64,000 nt of DNA from Catajapyx aquilonaris (Eukaryota): positions 1-64,000 of the forward strand of contig KZ538105.1 in NCBI GenBank assembly GCA_000934665.2. The letters run 5' to 3'. The notes below the pieces were generated by a model that did not search any database, had not been told where the DNA came from, and was given only the letters and a program-made list of their open reading frames with translations. Positions 27,923 through 41,650 of the stretch are shown here, in pieces. How positions within the stretch are numbered: position 1 is the stretch's first letter; every line of letters starts with the position of its first letter. A program made the position numbers and the translations under genes.

Positions 27923-28589
27923 ATTATCTGTCCAATCGCCTAAATAGCAGCGATTTCCCAATAACCGCTACCTACACACGCGATTTGATCTCGACCGTCA
28001 CGTGGTACGATTGGGACCGACCCAAATCGGCCATACTGACCAACAGCTGACCGGAATCGTTCGTCTGATCGATTGATTTGCAATGATGGCGTCTCTTACC
28101 TGGGACATACCTGTGCGGCCTAAAGGAAGGCGGCGTCTTGCTGGCCCCTACAAAGGCGGCGCTTGACGGTCACAGCCCTTTGCTTCGGTTGGCTCCTCCT
28201 CTACCTGCATGCATGGGGTGTCCCCCCCCCCCCCTCCAATCTACTCTATACGCACGCATACCCATACCCATACCCCCTTTAGTTTCTTCCACGCAACTCT
28301 ATTCCCCAGCCCCTTCATGATGGGTGGCCTTTCGCCATAGGCGACCCCCATCCTTTTCCATGCAGCCGGATATTTTAGAAACATCCCTTCTTCTTGTTTT
28401 AAAATCCCAAGCCGTCACTTCTTGGGTGTTAATTCCCTCCTATTACATGATTGTCGCTTCGACCGCCCTTTGTTGCTCCATGCCCGGTTTTTTGGGGGTA
28501 GAAAAGCTGCTGGCCAGGTTCGATCATGGTGGTGCTGACCAGCTGCCGGATTGTGGCTGAGAAACTGACCGCGACAGTTCGCCAAAGTA

Positions 28590-29045
28590 CAGGGTGTTAC
28601 GCCTAAAGTAGCTGACTAAATTTTTTGGCACTAAGCTGATTATTTTTAAGCAGTTTAAAATGGAATTTTAGCCATTTATCTAACCTTTGAATCATTTCTA
28701 TAGGCCACTGCCGCTTCCTTCCGTCCATATCCTTGGCCCCATCCAATGGTGGTACTCCACCGCCCTAATGGAGCGCCGATTCTCCCAATGGGGTATAAAA
28801 ACAAAACAAACAAAAACAAACAAACAAACGTTTGAATCATTTCCTGCTATTATTTTCCGCAAATATTTTAGTTATCGAAGCTGTTATTTTTTGTAGCTTG
28901 TTGTGCCCATAAATAACCAGGTCACCTATTATATAGAAACTGCTATGTTCGGCTACCTGGCAGTAATGTCACTAGCTACATAAAATAACCACTTAAGTCG
29001 ATATCAGTGATAACTAAAAGCTACCTAGGAACTTGAAACACCCTG
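28590..29045. mobile_element. Degenerate CAGGGTG-type MITE; right part related to the 8779-9004 MITE
   Basis: TA|CAGGGTGTT ... AACACCCTG|TA. GTTATTTTTTGTAGCTTGTTGTGCCC and GATATCAGT resemble the 8.8-kb element. Confidence 0.6.
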
Positions 29046-29559
29046 TATAATGAAACAAATGAATAAATTGCAAAATACTGCCAATCAAGGCAAAGTATAG
29101 TGTTAATGATTACTTACAGTAAGCGATGATGACGCTCGGTTTCATCTAGGTTCTGCGAAACTAGGTCCTTTGATATAGGACACTTGCAAAATTAGCATGC
29201 AATTTGCTCATCTTGCATCTGTCACGTCTCAGCCGTCGTCGCGGTGACGGTGATGGCAGAGATTTCGCAACGAGACCTCGTTTGGTAGAGTGTTATACCG
29301 AGAGCCTCCATCGCACATAATGACAGCCAACCCTAGGGATATTAGCTGTTTAAAATAATTCATAGCTCAGGATTCGTCAGTTTATCAGAAGTGTCGCAAG
29401 GGCCAGAGCTCTGAGAGAGCTAGAGTCACCTTTATCTGATTCTCCTGCCCGGGTTACTCACGACGAGATGAAATGTAGCTCGTCCCAGCAGGGAAGCCAA
29501 CGTCCCTTTACATGCCACAGGAACCAGGCCTGAGCCCGGAATCTCACGACACCGATAGT

Positions 29560-29800
29560 CTGACGTCACTAGTTCAATGAGCTGATTTGCGAAAGTGGAA
29601 GGCAAAATGGCTGACCCTACCGGATGTCATGGCAGGAGATGACACCAGATGGCAGGGACCACTTCCGGCTCAAGATGGCCGACCACTAATAGTTGGGAAC
29701 TTCGCAAAACATATGGTTACCAACAAATGACCAACTATTGAATGGAAATGGCCGGAAATGCGGGTGGCAATTGACTTTAAGCTAGGGTTTGACGTCAAAC
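29560..29800. promoter_or_regulatory. Promoter-like motif cluster (CRE, ETS, YY1, CTCF-like)
   Basis: TGACGTCA x2, ACTTCCGG, CCGGATGT, CCGGAAAT, CAAGATGGCCG, AAAATGGCTG, CACCAGATGGCAG. Confidence 0.4.
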
Positions 29801-29820
29801 CAGCAATTGACTTTAAGCTA

Positions 29821-30313
29821 CACAGAGAAAAATGGATGGGGATACCCAGTCGAATGACTAGGATGGTTAGTCCATTACCTACCCTCCTGAGTCAGATGAC
29901 TAGTGCGCGAGTCGAGAGACTAGTGCCGCTGGTCAGCTGACGAGTCTCGAGAACTAGTCAGGCCAGGCTAGTGCTTGCCAGGCTAGTGGGCTGACTAGTC
30001 AAGGCTAGTTTTCCAGTTCAGTCACTTGACTAGGGAAACCCAGGGTCCCCTACATGGTTGCCTCCCCCACCCTAACCAGGGTATTGTCTTCACATAGTCC
30101 TTACGGGCGGCCATATTGGAGCTAGATTGCATGCTGCAGGATAGGGAATTGGGAAGCGATTCTTTTTTGTTTTTTCAACTGTTTTTTTTCATATGGTTTT
30201 TTCCTATCTGATTTAGCTCCAATATGGCGGAGAGACAATACCCTGTCTAGGTGGGGGAGGCACTCATGAAGGTGACCCTGGGGAAACCTAGTCATTTGAC
30301 TCGGAAATTTTTC
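29821..30313. mobile_element. CAC-terminal MITE-like insertion at a TA within a 36-bp tandem repeat
   Basis: The unit GCAATTGACTTTAAGCTAGGGTTTGACGTCAAACCA is split at TA. The insert starts CACAGAGAAAAAT and ends ATTTTTC. It has an internal IR (~30010-30127 / 30210-30307) and GACTAG-rich repeats. Confidence 0.65.
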
Positions 30314-31205
30314 TAGGGTTTGACGTCAAACCAGCAATTGACTTTAAGAAAGATGGCTGCCAACCATAACGAATAGAACCATCACTCACTTCTCATTAAC
30401 AATTAATACGCACACGCAATTCACACGTTTTACGCGTGTCAATATACCTCTCCACACACTAAAAGATCATATTCATACCAAAGATAGACACGCCAAGTGC
30501 GGGTGAGGGAATTAATTAAGACTTACCCCCACCTTTATGCGTACCGGGGGTAACTTTCCCCTTCTCCTCAGATGCAAGTTGCCCATATCTTATAAATAGT
30601 GGAGCCATGGGAAGATTAGATAGCCTCGCGTGAGCTGCCGGCCCAATCCGCATGCAGTACATATTTTAGAATTAAACCGGGGCGCAAGTGAATAATAGAT
30701 GACACTAGGACGGGGCCGCTTCTATTCACAGGACCAAGAGTGAAATACCCGGAGCAAACTTGGCCATGGTAAAAAAATATACAACTTGCAAGGCCGACAA
30801 GTCCGATATCAAAAAAGCACGCTTGATTACATGGGTGGTGTCACATAAACCCGGGGCCTGGGACTGTCATCATGTTTCCTGTAACAAATACCCGTTTTTG
30901 CGTTGTTGTTAGGGGTCCATGCAGTGAGGTTTTTTAGGGGGGGGGGGGAGGGTAGATTGGTGGGACATATAGCGGACGCATCTATGCGGCAGAGTTCAAA
31001 GCACAAAGGCCATGACCATGCGTAAGGAGCGTTGATTTTTTTGTCAGCGACCGCGGCTAACATCACTCCAATTATCTCTCGCCTGGTGATATTACCCCCA
31101 TGGTGCGCAATACCTGTGGGGCATACCGTAATAAAAACAGTGTTGAGGATAAAGAATGATTGAAGCTGATGGTGCTGAAGAGTCAGACAATCAGTGAGGA
31201 ACGAG

Positions 31206-31385
31206 GAGTGGCTCACTAGCTCAGAGGGTGGAGTGACTCAGAGTGCGGAGTGGCTCACTAGCTCAGAGGGTGGAGTGACTCAGAGTGCGGAGTGGCTCAC
31301 TAGCTCAGAGGGTGGAGTGACTCAGAGTGCGGAGTGGCTCACTAGCTCAGAGGGTGGAGTGACTCAGAGTGCGGAGTGGCTCAGA
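31206..31385. repeat. 42-bp perfect minisatellite (~4.3 copies)
   Basis: GAGTGGCTCACTAGCTCAGAGGGTGGAGTGACTCAGAGTGCG in tandem. Confidence 0.95.
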
Positions 31386-34300
31386 GTGGGCTCCGAATGA
31401 GGCGAGTGTGAGCAATGAGCTCATAGTGAGGAGTGAAAGAATGACAGTGAGCAGACAATCACCCTCATGACTTTCTGAACGTTCTGAACAATAGACATGA
31501 GCAGTCCTGTTCGAAGATCTCCATCCATTGTGAACCAGGCATCATTACGAGCCGTCAGAATCTTGGTAAACGTTGATAAACTACCTCAGCTTCAGAGGAA
31601 CAGGCCTGATAATGCGACCCTTTTCGTTTTAACTACATCCTGATGGCAACCGTAGAAAATACCGTCGCCTTAATTCGCGTTTCTGCATGACCGCTGGCCA
31701 GAATAATTATTCGGCGATTGGGTCTCCTCGGGTGTGCATAACGATTTGAGAGCCAAAGCCATAGTCTGCAGCAGCTTGGAGAGATTCCAAATAAGGCCTC
31801 ACTCACTCAACTTCCCAGCATCAAATCGATAAGACTTTAAGGGGTACATCTGGCCCTCAGGTTTTCGGGATGCCTGAAAAAGACTACCCCCTCGAAGACT
31901 GCTTGTCGCCTCAAATCATTCTGTTCAAGCCCCCACGTCTTTATTTGCATCTAATCATTCTGTTTCCCCTCCCCTAGACTCGCCTTCTAATAGGACTTAT
32001 TAAGGCCGGCGATTACACGGCAGATTTGATTCCTCTAGGTTTAGGAGCGCCGGCTTTTACTGCCGAAATTACCCCACCGGATTGGATTACCCGCAGCCGT
32101 TTTACCGTCTGCGACTGACAGATACAGCCTCGGGTTGGCTAAGACTTGGACTCCCGCCTCAGGACTCATTGGCGGATTTTCATCCAGTCTAGGGCTATGT
32201 ATCTACGAGAAACTCTACCAGACATTGATTGCTGATACGTGGATTTGGCGCCTGGTTCCTTAGATTGAAGCCGGTTCCTCTATTTACGACTACGACTTTT
32301 TTTTTTCGGGGGGGAGGACTTGGGCGACAGTACAGCGGGACCCAAACCCAGGGTGTTCATTATAGCAGACTCCCTATCTGGATGTCATCTTGTCAGAGAG
32401 AGGTGGGGTGACCATATAAGAGGAAGGTGAGGAGTTGGAGAGATGCGGAGATGGTGTTCTCTCCCAGGTTGAACACGAGTCGGCTTGTCTTTGCAGCTTC
32501 CACCTATGTTGGCCTACATCAAGTGTTTTCACCAATAGGATGCGATGTAATGTGAAAAAATCATTTTTGAAAAAACATCGCAGCTTACATAGTGCACACT
32601 ACATACTCACAATAGTATTATTAGAATGTATAGTGTGCAGGAAATTTAAAATTTAAAATGGTAAAAGTGTTAAAATCATTAGATATAAAAATCATCACAA
32701 TTATTTCATACGTCGTGTTATCATTCACGTACCTTGTATTGCAATATTCATTCATAATCTAGGCTATAAAATTATTTCGATTCATTTTAGTACCACGAAA
32801 TTATAATTTATTCATGTTGGTATTCGCCATTTTAAATACAGTATTAGTATTCGTCATTTGAATATTTTTATTCGCCATTTCGATATTCTGTATTCACCAC
32901 TTGAATATTTTTATTCGACAGTTTGAATATTTTTATTTGACATTTTGAATATTTTAATTCGCAATCCTGATTTGCATACTTTTGGTAAAACACATTTACA
33001 GTGTAGCCACTAGCCAGTATTGAGTATAGGATCGACCTAAAACTCAGTCCTGTTTTATCCCACCTTATAACGCAAAAAAAACAGCAGTAAAATTTTAATT
33101 TCAACCCAAATTTGGGCAATTTACGTGCAACCCACTATTGCGCCAATTAAACTATGATTTGTTTATGGTCCGGGTCTTCCGGGCAGTAGCAATTACTGGC
33201 CCAGAATTTAACTCAATTTACCCTAAATTATTTACTATGTAACTCTACAATAGCCCGCGAAAAAGAGAACTAATCACTTTATTATGAGTAGCAAAACACA
33301 CCTTCGCAATTTAACCCCCCCCCCCCTTTCCCAGTTTTGGAAAGTGCGAAAATCCGCCTCCATTCAAAACCGACGTGTGCAACAAGTCGAGTCATTAATC
33401 TAAAACTCCCCCCCCTTAGTATATTTGACCTTAGTTAATGAGGCATTAAGAAAGTTCTAGAAAGTTAATTTCAAGTGACGAAAAGAATTGATTCTTTTTC
33501 TCAGAACAATTATTTCAACCTGAAAGTGATGGAAGACATTTTAGAGTTTGAAAAATTATATCAAAAGTTAAACTGATTTTTGAGTCCAAAATGGGGACGG
33601 TCATTACGCTAGCACATAGTTGGCGAACAAGTCATAAACATTAGTCACGCCTATTTTTTTGGTTTTTACCCCCCCCCCCCCCCNGGGGGGGGGTTTCAAG
33701 TTTTGAGAAAAGCGCTCAAAGCTCGCTTAGTACCAAAATTCCTTGCGTATATGACAAAGGCGGAATAATTTGTCGGGTCATAGGCCCATGGGAAATTTCT
33801 ATGGCAAGCAATGATGGGCAAATCATGAGAAGACCTTTAAGGTAACCTTTTCTTTCTCATTCCCCAATCTTTTGTTCACTGGTCCAGATGGGTCCATGCA
33901 TGAGGAACACAGTAGGGGCGCTGACCAAATTTTTTTTGAGGGGCCTTCAAATTCTGCCTCTAGTGTTCGGATCCGGTCAGGTGAAAAATCTCGCGGTATG
34001 AGGTTTACCTCCTATCCTCTTCATCCATACACCTTTTTTTGTGGTATTATCCAGACACTCATCTCGGACCAGATTTTTATTGAGAGCAGGGGTCCTCTTC
34101 TCCTTTTTTCGGGTAAATGTAACCCCCTCGCCATATGGTGGCAGATGTGCTTCAGATCTAGCCATGAGTGAAAATAGGAGAGGACAGACCCTACTCGAAT
34201 TTTACATGTTAATTTTTGATCAAAACACCCGGTAGAAGCTTTAGGTACAAAGGAGCATCTCTACGTGTAGTCCCTAATCCGCTAAAAATTTTATTTCATT

Positions 34301-34624
34301 TTTTTTATTTAAAAAATCCTAATATAAGGAGAGTGTTACTCCTAATGGAGGAACTTATTAATTTTTATTGTATTATATAAATTTTTATATTATTTCTAAT
34401 CATCAGGAACGCACCTCTACATTTTAAAAGAAACAATGAGTGATAGTGTTTTCTTGATTATGTATTAATAACTAAACAAGTAAAAAAAATAATATCTAGA
34501 GAGATAGCTAGATACATACGTATATAGCTAACACGGAAAAATAAATAAATAAATAAATAAATAAGTGTGCACACAGATAAATACATAAATAAATATGCAG
34601 ACAGATAAATACACAAATAAATTA

Positions 34625-35160
34625 TAAGCGAGTTTGCTAAAGAACTAAATAAATACACTAACAAACTAATAAATAAATAAATACACTAACGAACTAACAA
34701 ATAAATACACTAAAGAACTAACAAATAAATACACTAACGAACTAACAAATAAATGCACTAAAGAACGAACAAATAAATGCACTAAAGAACTAAAAATACA
34801 CTAACGAACTAACAAATAAATGCACTAAAGAACTAACAAATAAATGCACTAAAGAACTAAAAATACACTAACGAACTAACAAATAAATGCACTAAAGAAC
34901 TAACAAATAAATGCACTAAAGAACTAACAAATAAATGCACTAAAGAACTAACAAATAAATACACTGAAGAACTAACAAATAAATGCACTAAAGAACTAAC
35001 AAATAAATACACTAAAGAACTAACAAATAAATGCACTAAAGAACTAACAAATAAATACACTAAAGAAATAACAAATAAATACACTAAACAGTAAATAAAT
35101 AAATGCACAAATAAACAAACAAACAAACAAACAAACAAACAAACAAACAAACAAATAAAT
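34625..35160. repeat. 24-bp minisatellite ending in (AAAC)n
   Basis: ACTAACAAATAAAT(G/A)CACTAAAGA, roughly 20 copies. Confidence 0.95.
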
Positions 35161-38100
35161 AAAGAAGACAGTGTTCGTGTGAACTCAGGTTAACATCCAG
35201 TGAAGTAATCCTAGGTCATTAACTGGAAAAACCAACCAGATTTTGCAACAAGGCGCAAATATTTACTTGTCACAAACTCCCTGGCGAAATTTGCCCTTAC
35301 AAATCGGCCTTGTCTTTGAAGGCCTGGCGTTAATTTAACCCCCGGCCCGCCATTTTAATTTAATCCCAAGCAATCAGGCCACGTGCCTGGCAATAACGTC
35401 ACAACCCTAGCGGGTAAACAATGACCCCCCTGAACCCAGTTCAAAAATAAAACTTTTCTTTAACCCCCTCTCTCTTCTCTCTCGTTCTCCAAGAAAATTT
35501 TCGCCGTTTCCCATCGGGACAATGGCAGTCCCAACAATTCCCTTTCCCCATTGCAAACCACATTTGCCTGGAAAGCCATCCCAGAGGAAGCTCGTAAAGC
35601 TGCTTCCATCCATCTCAGTCGCGCACTTGTGCAATCACTTGTGACGTTTTCCTTGGATTAAAATCCCTTTTACCACCCCAAAAGCAACACCTTCTTTTAA
35701 ACGAAAAAAAGGAAACGGAACAATTCTGGAACAATTAAACCAAATAAAAAAGGGAAGTAAGAGTCGCAGTTACTTTTGTTGGCAGTTCTCATGGTAACTG
35801 AAGATTGCGGTTCGAATTTACAACGGACTTGTGATACCAACTGGAAATCAAGCTATAACTTTTATCTGAGCACAAAAACAAGGTTTTGAAAGTATTTAAA
35901 AAAAAATTCAGGGGAGGGGGGGGGGGAGTCAGCAGGTTCCACAGGTCTAACGTCTTTCATCAAAATTCTTCTTCTTGCTTCAAAGAACTCGTGGCATCGT
36001 CGCGTGTGTTTTTGTTGCTTGAGGGGGAGGGGGGGGGGGTGGTTAGAAAAATAAGATTTGCTACTTGCGGAATTAGGATTCATGAAATATTGCGGACAAG
36101 TTGTCGCCACGTGGAACATAAAAAATATACCAATAGTAAGGTGGGTGGGAGATGAAAAAAGAAACAATGGGGGTCATGGGAAGGTGCCATTTCCGCAAAC
36201 ATGAGATATGCATTTTTTGAGGATTGTAATTGGCGGGGGGAAATATGATAAGACGTATTATGCAAATTGGTCGGAATAGTGCGTGTAAGTGTTCATTTCT
36301 TGCCACGGTGTGTTAGGAGTTGAAAGGAACCGACTCGAGCCAGGCCGCACCTTCTTATAAAATTGATTTTAAAATTAACCGGAAATTATACAGTATTGAT
36401 GATGGTGGGCTAATTTGGCAACAATGCACCAAAGAGGGGCGTTATCTGTTCGATCCCATAATTTAATATCAATAATCGGCATATGGTGTATATAGATAGC
36501 CTACTGATAATCATAAGTTAAAATTTATCAAAATAATTGTCGCATTAATTTACATTTTAATTGTTATTAGTTGTCGCATGATTTTAAACTTTTAATGCAC
36601 CATTGTTGTCATTTATATGAGGTCACCAGCTATGACGACTTTGGTGCCATCTGTCCAAGCAATTGATATACGTATATGTAAATCCAATATGGCGGCGATC
36701 GTTATAGGTGTTGGTGCGTTGTAAGGTGAAAACAAAGTTTAAACATGAACCCATGCCGGTATTGTGTTCACAAGAGAATAGCTTGCGCCACCATTGCTGA
36801 TGTAGTCAAACACGCCTTGTTTGCGTGCACGTTCCTTGCACACAAGTTTGGATTGTTTCCATGCAAATGTAATCCTTGCTTCAGATGAGTTTGTCAAGTC
36901 AACAATGATAACAAAAAGTGATATGCACTCTTTAATTTATTAGCTTAATAAAAGGACTCTTGATTTATTTCAAGGCTATATGGTTCAATGACAGTTAGGT
37001 TTAATTTTACGGAGATGTACACAGCCTGGTACTCCATTTACCTCAACAATATCAGTGATAAGTTCCGGGGAGTCCATTATATTCCTTTAGGAAGCCCTCC
37101 TGTTATTGTATGGCTTTTCTCTCCTTGGCTTTTGGTTCCCCCCGAAACTTCCTTTCCCGCATACCAATCGGCCTTTGGCTGGGAGGGAAAACCCGAGGGG
37201 CAACATTCATAATTGGAGTAATTCCCAATTCCATTACCTCTCTTTGTTAGTTTATCTCCCATCGCCTGGCTCCTGCCGTACACTTTCAATGCTGCGGCCT
37301 ATTTCAGTCGGCGGAGAAAGCATGATATATAACGACAGGGGCCATTCTTCATTGTCCCCTACTCTCAAGGCACATGCTTTGGATTGGAGAACATCTCTCC
37401 AAAATGCCACCGGACTCCCAGAGTTGGCGCTAACAAAGAAGTTTGTCGTCACTAGCATAATTCAAAGGGATCAGCAACGAAAACCTTTCGGTCCAAATTT
37501 TTAAAAATATTAATTGTGTAAATTTGCATTGTCTTCAACAAGGAGGTGGTATCATGGACTATCAGTCATCTGGCCAAGTGTTATTGCCAAGGAGGCGCGT
37601 ACAAGCAGTGGGAGTGTTCCTGCAGCTCTTGATGGTCAGCTGTGACTAATCGGTCATGATATTTGTCAAAGAGAAGAACCGTCTCTCCATCCAATCCATG
37701 ATGAGATAGATTGGAATTTGGTGTCACACGTGCACAGTTTGCTGAACCCTCCAAATATTTACATTACAATAATTCTGCTCTTTAGGGGGGTGACCCTAAC
37801 AATAGTCGCATGCTAGCTGTTTCACTGCGATGCAAATGTTATCACCCTATTGAAAGAGAGGCTCTCACAATATTTCCATACCGCGGTGGGTCCATGGGAA
37901 ATAAAACGCAAACAAAGACGCGACTCATCTTTGGGTCGTGGTTATTCTGCCACACGCGCACACCTGAGGGCCCTACCCTACACCACAAGAAGTGGGCTTT
38001 CCGAGGACAAACTTGGTCCCGATCGTGACTCGGCATAAGAGTTCATCCTGACAGACTGTTGAAACACAGAACAATCAATCCGTCTTGATTTTTCTTCAAT

Positions 38101-38600
38101 CGCCAAAGAATTGCTGCCAAGTTATCATCCGAATGCGCGTACCACCAGGTTGTCCAGACCAAAAAGTCGACACATTTCGACCACAACAATGGCATAACAC
38201 AATTTCCTAATTTGTGGCCTTTAGAGCCGAGCTGACCTCACGAGCTTGTTGGGCAAGCAGATGGCCAGAGAAGATCCCTAGAAAGTTTCCACTCGAGACA
38301 CCTCCCTATTCAAGAATGGACAATTGTTGTCATTCAAAACCCCCGTCCCATGTCATTCAGCCGCAACAAGGCGTTAGCTGCGAGATAGATGGTGAAGAAG
38401 ATGGGAGGGCACATGCAGAAAGGGGGCCGCCAGGCGCTTATTAGGCGAACTTGTCAAGTCACCCCCTCTAATTAGACGAGAAGAATACCGTCCCATTATT
38501 GCGCCACGATGACTACCAGAGGTACGTACTGGTTAAAACCATGCTCAATTTTTTTATATAATTTTCATGCAATTTTTGATATTTTTTATCGTGGGCGCAC

Positions 38601-38750
38601 GGCGTCGCCGCTCGTCCCGTCGCGTCGCTGCTCGTCCCGTCGCGTCGCTGCTCGTCCCGTCGCGTCGCCGCTCGTCCCATCGCTTCGCCGTTCGTCCCGT
38701 TGCGTCGCTGCTCGTCCCGTCGCGTCGCCGCTCGTCCCGTCGCGTCGCCC
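38601..38750. repeat. 20-bp CpG-rich minisatellite (7.5 copies)
   Basis: CGCGTCGC(C/T)GCTCGTCCCGT in tandem. Confidence 0.95.
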
Positions 38751-41490
38751 GTACCGCCATCTATCAACTACTAGAACCTCGCATCCGGATCAATTACAAG
38801 CTGAGGGTGTGTCCTCCTACATGTGCTGAGCCTCCTGCTGGGCTATCAGATCTGACAATCGGTGGCCATTGGGACGATTCCGGTTGACGTGGGTGGGTGA
38901 CCTGGGACGGACAGGCCTCGGGTACCATCCCTTGCAAGCTCAGAATACAGAATGGACCTCGGGAGGGTGAATAGGGGAAGGACCGGATTAGCTGACGATC
39001 AAAGAGGGATGTTTGCAATTCAATGTGCTGGACACGTCCATATAGGAACACGGGATTTGATTTTGCTGAAGGGGGGGGGGGGNGGGGGGGGACCTTCTCC
39101 GTCTTTCCCTTCATCCAAAAAAAAACTGATTTTTCTTCCTGAAAATCACGGTAGGTTAGAGCTACAGTGTATGCCAAAAATAATCGGCTCATTGCAACGG
39201 ATTTGCGCGTCGGATCAAGTCTAGGCGCGTTCAGTCCTGCTGACACCCAAGAAGTTGAAATCAGAGTTATTATCAGTATTAGAATGGAGCCGAGTTCCCC
39301 AGCAGCCGATACGTGTTTCCACTTCCGATTAGCAGTTAGGAAGGAACCGTTCGTGATCATTTTGGCGTCTGTCCGGAATTTCCTATAACGGACGCAGGGG
39401 TGCCAATATGGCTGCAGCTATTTTCATGGCGGCGTAAATTATGTACAAAAAGGTCCGGTCTTATCGAGAGTGTTTTAAGAGACAGGCCGCAGTGGTATCA
39501 CGAAATGGTCCGCACAAAACTCTAAACTTTATTACCGACTATTAAAACACCTGACGAATTTGACAAAGGTATAAATAACGGCGACCAGTTCTCTAGCCGA
39601 AACCCCCCCATCTGCAGAGCTATCCCTCAAGTGTTGTTAGCCTATAACCAGATGGGGGTTGCCAAGGCAATAAACACTTAGGCCCCTATCCAGCCCGCCT
39701 AAATATACGATTGCTTTCAAGCCAAGGTCGACATACATAGGGTTCAACCCAAGTGCATTCACAGAATTTAGGCTGAACAGATGTCTATTGATTTATAGTT
39801 TTGGTGTATAACACCACTATCGACCAGAAAATACCCTGCGCAGATCCTACTACGCATCCGCCATTTTTAATCCTGCGCAGATTCGTTCTCCCATACCTGT
39901 TCTGCGCACCCGCCATTTTTGGGCCAGTACATAGTACAGCAGAAAAGAAACCGCGATTCCCTGCTCAGCATCCCAATCCTGGTGCCTTGTGACCTCCGTC
40001 CACTGCAGGCCTTTGCCACACGGAATACCAATGACGGTAATCTGATTGTGCCTGGGTGGGGGAGGGAGGAATAATGGGAGGGGTTATGGGTAGGGATAGC
40101 TGATGGCACCACGGGTTTCCACATGGGGCAAAGGTGTGCAAGCAAAAGGAGGACATTGATTCGGTATGAAAATCCGCGCTCGGGATAATTTCATCAGACC
40201 AGGGGACACTGTTTGCTTGCAGGGTCAGCAAAAATGTTGGAAGGTGTTCGTCACATGGGGGAGTAAGTGACACATGGCGAGTTCTGGACAACTCAATTGG
40301 CTACAGGATTATTTTCGCCACAATGGTGCCTGCTCATTCTACGTGACAAGATTGCCATCTGTCCAAATGCTATGGACACTAACTTCAAATGGAACAAACT
40401 GATTTTTGGGTGACATTGGCTCACTGTTTTATTACTTGTAAAGTGTTAAAATTTGATTATACTATATACTTGTGATATTAATTAATATAGTAATAAATTT
40501 CAATCATACGAATAAGGTTCTTAATATCGAATTAATTTTTATACAACTACCACACGATGTGAATTTTTGCTCAAAAAGAATGAGCGACATTCTAACTCAA
40601 AACTAATTAAATTGAACAAAAACTCAAAATAATTTAACCAGATGTTTTCAGATCTCTTCACTACCTATTGTTCCTCACTCACTTGACAACAATACTGGGT
40701 ATGAAACACACTGTCTAATGAACCCCACAAACTACCGGTACATTTTAATTACCACGCCATCCCAATGAGCCAATCACCAATAACCACTCACACCTTTCCC
40801 TCTCCAAAAAAAAAAACTTTTCAAAGGCATTCTGATCACTAGGCAGCCCAAACCGCTACCAAATCCGGCCAAATTACCACAATGTTGTTTACTGGAAACA
40901 ACACATGATAACTCAATTATTATCAGGCTACACCTTTAAAAAAAAAAAACCTGTGTGAGGTCAGCAAAAAAAAATTCAGCAAGTGCCAAGGACCCCCCCA
41001 CATTGAGGCATTAATTCTTGCAAGAAAACAAGTAGCTGCTAAAAAGTGAAAAAGTGGGTAAGTAGCCTGGTCACGGCCGCCATATTTTTTTTTCGAATAA
41101 AAAGAAAACGGGTGCTATCAAGACGGTGCATTCGTTTGCATACATTAAGCAACGATTATTGATAAGAACGGGTGTAAGAGCTAATGGAAGTTCCGGATAG
41201 CCGTACATTTCAACTCATAGTCCGCTAGAGGGGGGGTCGGGACTTGCAAGCAAATTGCTCCAGACTGCCCCCACGGTCGGTCCAAAGGCCCACCTGCAGT
41301 TCAGGCCTCCGACCGCCTTTGAACTTGGTGGGTGGTTTCAACCTTCGGGCGCCTTCCGATTCCCACCACACTCTGCCCACCCACAAACCCACCCACCGGT
41401 CTTGATAGAGCCTGAAATCCAGCTTCAGAGGATGTTCTAAATGTCAAAGGACTAAAAAACGATAATGTGGACCACAAAACTGACAGTGCG

Positions 41491-41650
41491 GACGAAAAAA
41501 CGACAAACGAACGAAATATCGTTTTTTGTCGTTTATTGGGTATTTTCATGTCGTTTAGACGATTAGAACGGACAATGTGGACAAACGAACGAAATGTCGT
41601 TTGTTTGTCGTTTTTTCGTCGTTTTTACGCCATTTTCTCGTCGTTTTTAC
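41491..41650. repeat. ACGA/TCGT-rich inverted repeat
   Basis: GACGAAAAAACGACAAACGAACGA / TCGTTTGTTTGTCGTTTTTTCGTC. Confidence 0.7.

Noticed and set aside
33669..33693. C15-N-G9 perfect hairpin
   Set aside because: The N at the centre suggests a contig join between homopolymers and not a real palindrome.
35775..35830. tRNA-like B box GGTTCGAAT
   Set aside because: No cloverleaf and no convincing A box.
38794..39360. 188-aa minus-strand ORF
   Set aside because: It runs through a homopolymer and an N, and has no recognisable family features.
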